Source of the DNA: Fimbriosthenelais zetlandica
Lineage: Eukaryota
DNA: 64,000 bases
Reading direction: 5' to 3'
Assembly (NCBI GenBank): GCA_977030845.1
Contig: OZ365112.1
Span: 17,236,001 to 17,300,000, forward strand
Part shown: piece after piece, positions 60,301-64,000 of the stretch
Numbering within the stretch: position 1 is the first letter of the stretch
Layout of the letters: each line of letters opens with the position of its first letter
Program-made: the position numbers and the translations under genes
Notes under the pieces: model-generated
What the model was told of the DNA's origin: nothing
Seen by the model: only the letters and a program-made list of their open reading frames with translations
The model's database searches: none

Positions 60301-62407
60301 TTAAAACCTTTCCTAAATTTTCATCAGGCTTCGTGAAATGACAAGTTTCCTGGGATATTGTCTCTTGGCAGCATTCAATTTTCAAATTCAAAATGATTGG
60401 TAAAGGAATTCTCACCAGGTTTTCTCGTATGTATTTGTAACATCCTAGTGAAGATATTACTCACGGCCGACTTATGATTCTGTTAAAGAAAGAAATCATA
60501 TCTAATATCTACTGAATATGGGGAAGTTCTCCTCTCCCAAATCAAGAGAAGAATCAAAGAATGTTCTACCGGTATAATAGACAGGAGATCATAGTGGAAA
60601 ACAAATAATACACAATTAAAACTCCAGTTAATCACTAAACCAAGATAAGTTCTTACCCTGCTTTTGGCGAACCCCACATGTGAGAGCCACAGCTTTGTGT
60701 CCTCCTAATAAAAGACACGAAGACAATTATTTTACATACCGGTAACATAAAGATCCAATTTGACAGTATCATCAATCCTTGCTAAATAATTGTGTTCAGA
60801 CAGTATTAGTTGTTTTGTTCATACTTACTTGAAAACGAGAACATGCTATCTGCAAAGAGATGAAAAAAAAATCCCAGAATTAACCATTGTCTCCCATGCT
60901 TTATGTACGAGCAAAGAAAATACATCCAGATAAAATTTTACAAGTATACATAAGACAACTCAAGTAAAGTGGGTAAAATTTCCTTACCCCGAAGAGGCGA
61001 TGGACTCGATTTACAATCGCAAAATCTATTTCTTTCACCTTGAATTTGTAGCCAGTGTCCTGGTTAATTAAAAGAAATCGATAGGTAATAAGACAGATGT
61101 AATATAACTATTTTAAGATTATACAGACATAAAGTGTAAAAGTGAAAACATGTTCACCAAGATATAGTACTCAGAACATTCTACATTGGACAACTTAATT
61201 CATAGCCAAAGGAAAGAATATAATACTTCAATATTCTGCTATATTAGACACAGGTATTACTTATAAATGTATCTCCTTTAATACAAATGATCCAATAACA
61301 ATAATGACTAATTCTAAATGTACTAGGGCATCCTCACCTCTCTCCGCTTCATTAACAAAGCGTGCAAATTGATTTCATACTGAAAATTGATAAAAACAAA
61401 TGGTTAACTTGGGGACAGATCGAATACACAAACAGTAGGCCTATATTTTATATTTGAGTCATCTTACAGTCTATCTTCGCTGGTATCCACACGAAAATAA
61501 TTATACCAGTAAAAAGTGTTTTTCTCCAGCACATAAGGGGCGACCATTAGAACACCATTTTGTCTGGACATGGTAATTCTATTTATTTCAGAATCCTGAT
61601 GGACAACATCCATTTTTCACACGACATTATTTATCTCAGAAATAATCCAGGGGCCCCGGGCCCTGGTATTCTAATGGTCGCCCCCTAATTAAGCCTACAA
61701 AATTAATAGTGCTCACTAAAAATACTTAGGATGGCCAATAAACACAATTAAATTCGTCAAAATAGACATAATCATCAATTACATTTTGTATACCGTACCA
61801 TACGTAATATTTAAGTAATATTTACTTGGATATACTGAAGTAAGTCCTCCTTCTCTTTCGTTTGCCTTTGTAGTTTATATTCAAACGCTTTCCGCTTCTT
61901 CAATATAGATCTGCCAAGAATGTGTTACATTTTTAAATGGCATTATTATTCGTGACTATAACTAAAGTCTGTTCAAAATAAGTTGATCCCATATTGACAG
62001 TGCAGTACATTTACTAGATCTACACTAGTCTATAATACGGTACCTACCGGTATAGTAAAGTAAAGTGGGATCAACTTATTATGAACAGACTAAATTTAGT
62101 GTACATAAGAAAATGATATATTCGTCACGTTAGCTTAAACGAATGTAGTGTCATAAAAAATAGCCATTAAAATTAATAACAGGTGACTTAACAGCTGAGC
62201 CTGTACAGCCTACAGTCGGGTGTCACCCCACGGGAGGGAACCGCTTCTTGACCAGTCAACATTACAAGTCTACCGTCTGTATTGGCCGATATATACCAGG
62301 CCCTATTAAACTCACCTTGTCTCAGCCCCAGTGAATAGTTTTACGCGTGCCATCTGCTCTACCTCCTCGAGCATTTCTTCGAGGTTCTTCTGTACAAACT
62401 CCGCCAT
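275..62407 (-). CDS. UTP6: U3 small nucleolar RNA-associated protein 6 homolog (HAT-repeat SSU processome/UTP-B subunit); spliced, 16 exons in window, 3' end runs off the left edge
   Basis: join(62407-62316, 61910-61826, 61379-61338, 61059-60988, 60849-60829, 60704-60657, 60479-60416, 60277-60159, 60001-59969, 59807-59763, 59575-59494, 59289-59205, 58796-58702, 58599-58528, 8083-8010, 352-275) = 1107 nt with no stop and all GT-AG. Translation MAEFVQKNLEEMLEEVEQMARVKLFTGAETRSILKKRKAFEYKLQR...KLWLSHVGF...ALWIAAAKWE...NARNLLQRGLRFLP...YFRMEL is collinear with human UTP6 as I recall it (MAEIIQERIEDRLPELEQLERIGLF...LWIMAAKWE...ARQLFLRALRFHP...YFRMEL). Confidence 0.95.
1790..1801 (+). repeat. G12 homopolymer
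   Basis: Twelve consecutive G. Confidence 0.9.
5466..5500 (+). repeat. (GAATT)n microsatellite preceded by AATAAA; typical LINE/SINE 3' tail
   Basis: AATAAA 5466-5471, then GAATT x5 + GAAT at 5472-5500. Confidence 0.8.
6730..6850 (+). mobile_element. Possible RTE-clade LINE reverse-transcriptase fragment
   Basis: Translation VIDDFMTM*AEQE*PGDEMLV*VDDIVVS resembles the RTE consensus VMDRLTDEVRQESPWTMMFADDIVI; flanks do not extend the match. Confidence 0.3.
8010..8083 (-). CDS. UTP6: UTP6 exon 15 (74 nt)
   Basis: ctttgtatctatttcag|DLMWTFYLTTCLEFLDSSTSESFRK|gtaact; correct phase to follow exon 14; matches recalled EAMWKCYITFCLERF. Confidence 0.87.
10100..11600 (-). mobile_element. Second, deleted DIRS1-like remnant; limits approximate
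   Basis: ELKWV then MNASHAGC (~10955-11030, cf. L.WW...TDAS..GW); GLYASP (~10838-10857, cf. LYAFPP); TQACSIPQ...ETLPDRADIF (~10608-10700, cf. TQPWFPQL...LP.R.DLL); SIASLGMICHACPMH (~11270-11320, cf. SIDLKDAYFHIPIH). Confidence 0.4.
23364..23830 (-). mobile_element. Decayed apurinic-endonuclease region of a non-LTR retrotransposon (CR1/L1-like)
   Basis: GSLNTRGL at 23791-23817 (cf. SLN.RGL), then DCPGQQVGCSIALWEE (cf. DR...GGGVALY) and INLYG / YFQQPP in ORF 23364-23579. Confidence 0.35.
28487..28507 (+). repeat. G12 homopolymer plus adjacent G6 run
   Basis: ggggggggggggagagggggg. Confidence 0.9.
46021..46150 (+). promoter_or_regulatory. Splice acceptor (AG at 46039-46040) and 5' UTR with four uORFs of the nested gene
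   Basis: aatattcattttcattacag|gtgg. uORFs at 46064-46075, 46072-46089, 46101-46118 and 46136-46141 (ATG-TAA). Confidence 0.55.
46151..46948 (+). CDS. Uncharacterised 265-aa single-pass membrane protein (N-terminal signal anchor, long disordered cytoplasmic tail), nested antisense in UTP6 intron 14
   Basis: Longest ORF in the window. Kozak-like gccccaccATG. The first ~70 codons end mostly in C/G, unlike the AT-rich flanks. Hydrophobic run FVFGVIIPTAITILLFIGFLVCWF (aa 6-29) is followed by basic RERLFAKKKFFSKQIK. Splice acceptor ttttcattacag|G at 46040/46041 upstream; AATAAA downstream. Confidence 0.75.
   Translation: MIKHMFVFGVIIPTAITILLFIGFLVCWFKFNMRERLFAKKKFFSKQIKHAMAAHQTNGSKQSHYTPEQTSGASGGGTSNKRDHHSDHHSGGGASCINVPSIKPKKQKHYENCEDHDSYVGEDPEAALCTACEDEHHNSALEGFTNPNLCVSPSHSADGGDEQTETEDHTDNESECVHVKKVGSMIQHTFHFPASEGPHLSNSLVVDSEDGGSEDGNYGHFVPLSQLLLDPKAKQFYAAARNGSDSPCGELSEGLQSAAASSVIA
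47905..47910 (+). terminator. Candidate polyadenylation signal of the nested gene
   Basis: AATAAA about 960 nt after the stop, in an AU-rich stretch (tattatttattgtaaataaaaatg) followed by TG/T-rich sequence; another AATAAA lies near 47643. Confidence 0.4.
49039..49071. repeat. 17-bp tandem duplication
   Basis: agcgatgtaattatgag agcgatgtaattatga. Confidence 0.85.
49300..54250 (-). mobile_element. Heavily degenerate DIRS1-like tyrosine-recombinase retrotransposon; limits approximate
   Basis: Motif remnants in DIRS order on the minus strand, across many stops and frameshifts: PW/VVLEIL (~52245-52280, RT N-terminus); HLKYLNFKTIRS and KGD (~51240-51300); HLDVIF (~50960-50980) and CFFLG (~50860); RNase H MDTSPQGP (~50676-50705, cf. 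TDAS..GWG) and RRDINYLNL (~50626-50651, cf. HINYLEL); methyltransferase-like FYLNHY...AINPFPLSL (~50360-50460); YR-like LKFLQ and LPQWP further left. Confidence 0.55.
56982..57033. repeat. Perfect 18-bp inverted repeat with 16-nt loop
   Basis: cgaggaaggatttgtgag (56982-56999) / ctcacaaatccttcctcg (57016-57033). Confidence 0.9.
58528..58599 (-). CDS. UTP6: UTP6 exon 14 (72 nt)
   Basis: aaattag|GSMNVEAEDLCYTVYEEALTVLPT|gttagt; matches recalled CCAVYEEAVKTLPT. Confidence 0.92.
58702..58796 (-). CDS. UTP6: UTP6 exon 13 (95 nt; an alternative in-frame donor would end it at 58714)
   Basis: ctattttccag|HLKLFHHNSEKTWDALARRHLENHSTGRGQEN|gtaggt; TWDALARR matches recalled human TWDYVARR. Confidence 0.88.
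58903..59132. mobile_element. Fold-back MITE with ~100-bp imperfect terminal inverted repeats in UTP6 intron 12
   Basis: Left arm tagagttgttccctactcccaacagttggacgccctgaactg...caggctcatagccaaacaatc; right arm reverse complement tagagttgttccctattcccaacagttggacgttctgaactg...caggctcataaccaaacaatc; TA (or AAT) at both ends. Confidence 0.75.
59205..59289 (-). CDS. UTP6: UTP6 exon 12 (85 nt)
   Basis: ttctattacag|NVIDFVLAFLPILKDFPFAKSLADHIFD|gtaagt. Confidence 0.9.
59494..59575 (-). CDS. UTP6: UTP6 exon 11 (82 nt)
   Basis: gatttgtag|DDSETADVVVDGKIAEVVFQQAVDQVP|gtatgt. Confidence 0.9.
59763..59807 (-). CDS. UTP6: UTP6 exon 10 (45 nt)
   Basis: tttttttttacag|LKKRREVLGIALMDV|gtaagt. Confidence 0.9.
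59969..60001 (-). CDS. UTP6: UTP6 exon 9 (33 nt)
   Basis: ctattttag|YFRMELLNVDK|gtactg; read-through hits TAA after 5 codons. Confidence 0.9.
60159..60277 (-). CDS. UTP6: UTP6 exon 8 (119 nt), HAT repeat
   Basis: ctttcag|ALWIAAAKWEIETNASMENARNLLQRGLRFLPESQKLWIE|gtaatc. Confidence 0.96.
60416..60479 (-). CDS. UTP6: UTP6 exon 7 (64 nt)
   Basis: ctttaacag|NHKSAVSNIFTRMLQIHTRKP|gtgaga. Confidence 0.93.
60657..60704 (-). CDS. UTP6: UTP6 exon 6 (48 nt)
   Basis: cttttattag|EDTKLWLSHVGFAKSR|gtaaga. Confidence 0.95.
60829..60849 (-). CDS. UTP6: UTP6 exon 5 (21-nt micro-exon)
   Basis: ttttttttcatctctttgcag|IACSRFQ|gtaagt; supplies the 7 residues missing between RLFG and EDTKLW relative to the recalled human sequence. 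Confidence 0.85.
60988..61059 (-). CDS. UTP6: UTP6 exon 4 (72 nt)
   Basis: aaccag|DTGYKFKVKEIDFAIVNRVHRLFG|gtaagg. Confidence 0.92.
61338..61379 (-). CDS. UTP6: UTP6 exon 3 (42 nt)
   Basis: ttttcag|YEINLHALLMKRRE|gtgagg. Confidence 0.95.
61537..61685. mobile_element. PIF/Harbinger (Tourist-like) MITE in UTP6 intron 2
   Basis: About 21-bp TIRs ggggcgaccattagaacacca / tggtattctaatggtcgccccc; TAA on both sides (61534-61536, 61686-61688), the typical TWA target duplication; no ORF. Confidence 0.75.
61826..61910 (-). CDS. UTP6: UTP6 exon 2 (85 nt)
   Basis: ttcttggcag|...SILKKRKAFEYKLQRQTKEKEDLLQYIQ...|gtaaat. Confidence 0.95.
62316..62407 (-). CDS. UTP6: UTP6 exon 1 (92 nt CDS)
   Basis: ATG at 62407; MAEFVQKNLEEMLEEVEQMARVKLFTGAET(R); donor AAG|gtgagt. 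Confidence 0.95.
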
Positions 62408-63100
62408 GTCGTTGGTTATTTATTTCCCTTTAGAAGCTTAGAGAGTTATTCAGATATTCCACACGTGCTTGAGCGATAGTAGAAGCCGACCGGAAGTCAG
62501 GTTGTGGAAAAAGGGGTGAAAGCGCAGCTGGCTCTGACTCACACCAGTTACAACGGGAGATAGCCAGATGGTGCTGCCACTTCTCATAATTAGAAGGAAC
62601 TACCGGCATGACCTGATGGCAAGAATAGTATAGCCAGCCTACTACCCTAGGCCTATATATTTCATACATTTACTGATCATTAGGCCGAGATTCATACTGA
62701 CTGTGGCGGTAGGCCTAAGCCATAGTTCCCGCTTTGTCGGCTAGGTGGCGTAGGCTACGTAATGGTGCCCTTAGGTCACCAGCGTCTGGTTGACCAATAA
62801 GAACGGAGAACCGCGTCTAACCAATCAGAGCAGGTGGCGCTCTTTCCACGAGGCTATGATTTTATCGCCTCCATTTTGTCTCGCTCAGTTTTTTGCCAAA
62901 TTCGGATAGAAAAACTTAACAAAGCCCGGAAAAGTTATATAATTCGGATTAAGCGAAGTCTCATGTTCACCCAGGATACAATTTTGATCGACGGTCGATA
63001 TGCTGAACGCCGCGAGGACGAGGAAAAAAAAGAGTCTACCGACTTGGCAACTTTGCCGGAAGTGGAGTAAACACATTGCGCGATTGTAGCAGGACGTGTT
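62408..63100. promoter_or_regulatory. CpG-rich, probably bidirectional promoter of UTP6 and a divergent + strand gene
   Basis: CACGTG E-box 62462-62467; ETS sites ACCGGAAGT 62489-62497 and CCGGAAGT 63056-63063; CCAAT boxes 62794-62798 and 62821-62825; elevated CpG. Confidence 0.65.
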
Positions 63101-63399
63101 CAAAACCTCTTTCCTCGCCTAATATCGAGAGCCAATGTGTCGAAAATGGATATGATTCATTCTATTGATGCTTAAACATCACTATGGACATAGTTTTAAC
63201 TGCGGGAAGTGTGTGAGACGAGTAGAATTTGAGGTGAGGAAATTGCCCGTGAAATCATCCCATGATGGACTACCGGTACCGGCGTATCTCTCCATCGTGG
63301 TTCGTCACAAGTTTCACTGACATTGTGTGTTGATTCAACAACAAATCATCCAAAATACATTGACTGAGCAATCTGACGCTACCGAGTCTCCATCAAACT
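63064..63399 (+). other. Candidate first (largely non-coding) exon of a divergent gene; start approximate
   Basis: Strong donors GAG|gtgagg (63233/63234) and ACT|gtaagt (63399/63400) just downstream of the ETS/CCAAT cluster; several short ATG-initiated ORFs; no recognisable protein. Confidence 0.45.
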
Positions 63400-63789
63400 G
63401 TAAGTATAGTTATCTGTGCACATTGTTTTCACTGTTAGGCCTATATGAATCTTATACGGTGTTTATGTCAGTGGGAGACTTCTGAGAGATCTGTTGTTTT
63501 GAGTTGATATAGGGATGATAGGCTAATGGCTGTGTCTGAGGCTGGTTGACCTGGCCTGTAGGCCTATTCCTCGATTAGGCCTAGGCCTACGCCAGGGATT
63601 TGCCAAAATTTCACATAATAACGTTTAATTTAGGACAATAATATGTCTGTAGCTCCGCTGGAAACTTTTTCCAACATTTGACGATTTGTAGGTGAAAAAT
63701 GCCACAAAAATATTCTTCAAAACAATTAAATGGCAGGTCTGAAGTTTGGCTCAGTAGTCAGATAGGCCTAGTCATATAGACAGCTATAC

Positions 63790-64000
63790 CTTGTAGGCTA
63801 TTAGTAGTATACTAGAGTGACCTTGTGGTAAAATATATTAACCTGTATGAGTAGGGCCTAGTATATAACAGAATGACATTATGATAAACAATTGGTCAAT
63901 ATTAATAGTAGGCCTACATTAGAGTGACATGGGTCCTTAGGCTATTAGTAGTATAGTAGAATGACATTGTGATAAACTACTGGTCAATATTAGCCTAGTA
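63790..64000. repeat. Degenerate minisatellite-like repeat
   Basis: Recurring blocks taggctattagtagtata (x2) and agaatgacatt.tgataaac...tggtcaatatta (x2), interleaved with TAGGCCTA. Confidence 0.6.

Noticed and set aside
58600-62315. Intron-encoded snoRNAs in the small UTP6 introns
   Set aside because: Isolated TGATGA hexamers (introns 7 and 8) lack a matching CTGA D box and terminal stem; no two-hairpin H/ACA layout seen
1-64000. CRISPR arrays, rRNA, operons and prokaryotic defence systems
   Set aside because: No regularly spaced repeats and no gene-dense coding; the sequence is intron-dominated animal DNA

Overview
This is eukaryotic (animal) genomic DNA with GT-AG spliceosomal introns, not a prokaryotic window. 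I found no CRISPR array, rRNA or convincing tRNA. The whole window lies inside one minus-strand gene, UTP6 (U3 snoRNP/SSU processome subunit, HAT repeats). I assembled 16 coding exons by hand (1107 nt, 369 codons, open frame, all junctions GT-AG), starting at the ATG at 62407. The gene continues beyond position 1. Exons 1-14 are packed into 3.9 kb (58528-62407; introns 102-446 bp). Intron 14 is 50,444 bp (8084-58527) and intron 15 is 7,657 bp. The giant intron carries an antisense (+ strand) nested 265-aa ORF (46151-46948). It predicts a single-pass membrane protein with almost no ectodomain, a juxtamembrane Cys and a long Tyr-motif tail, resembling transmembrane adaptors, and is preceded by four tiny uORFs. 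The rest of the intron holds very decayed retroelements (two DIRS-like tyrosine-recombinase elements, LINE fragments), candidate + strand exons/promoters and some hairpins. Two MITEs sit in the small UTP6 introns. Upstream of UTP6 is a probable bidirectional promoter with a divergent first exon, and around it a strong local excess of the palindromes TAGGCCTA and TACCGGTA. All homology calls are by eye against remembered consensus sequences; no searches were run. All other ORFs in the supplied track look non-coding.
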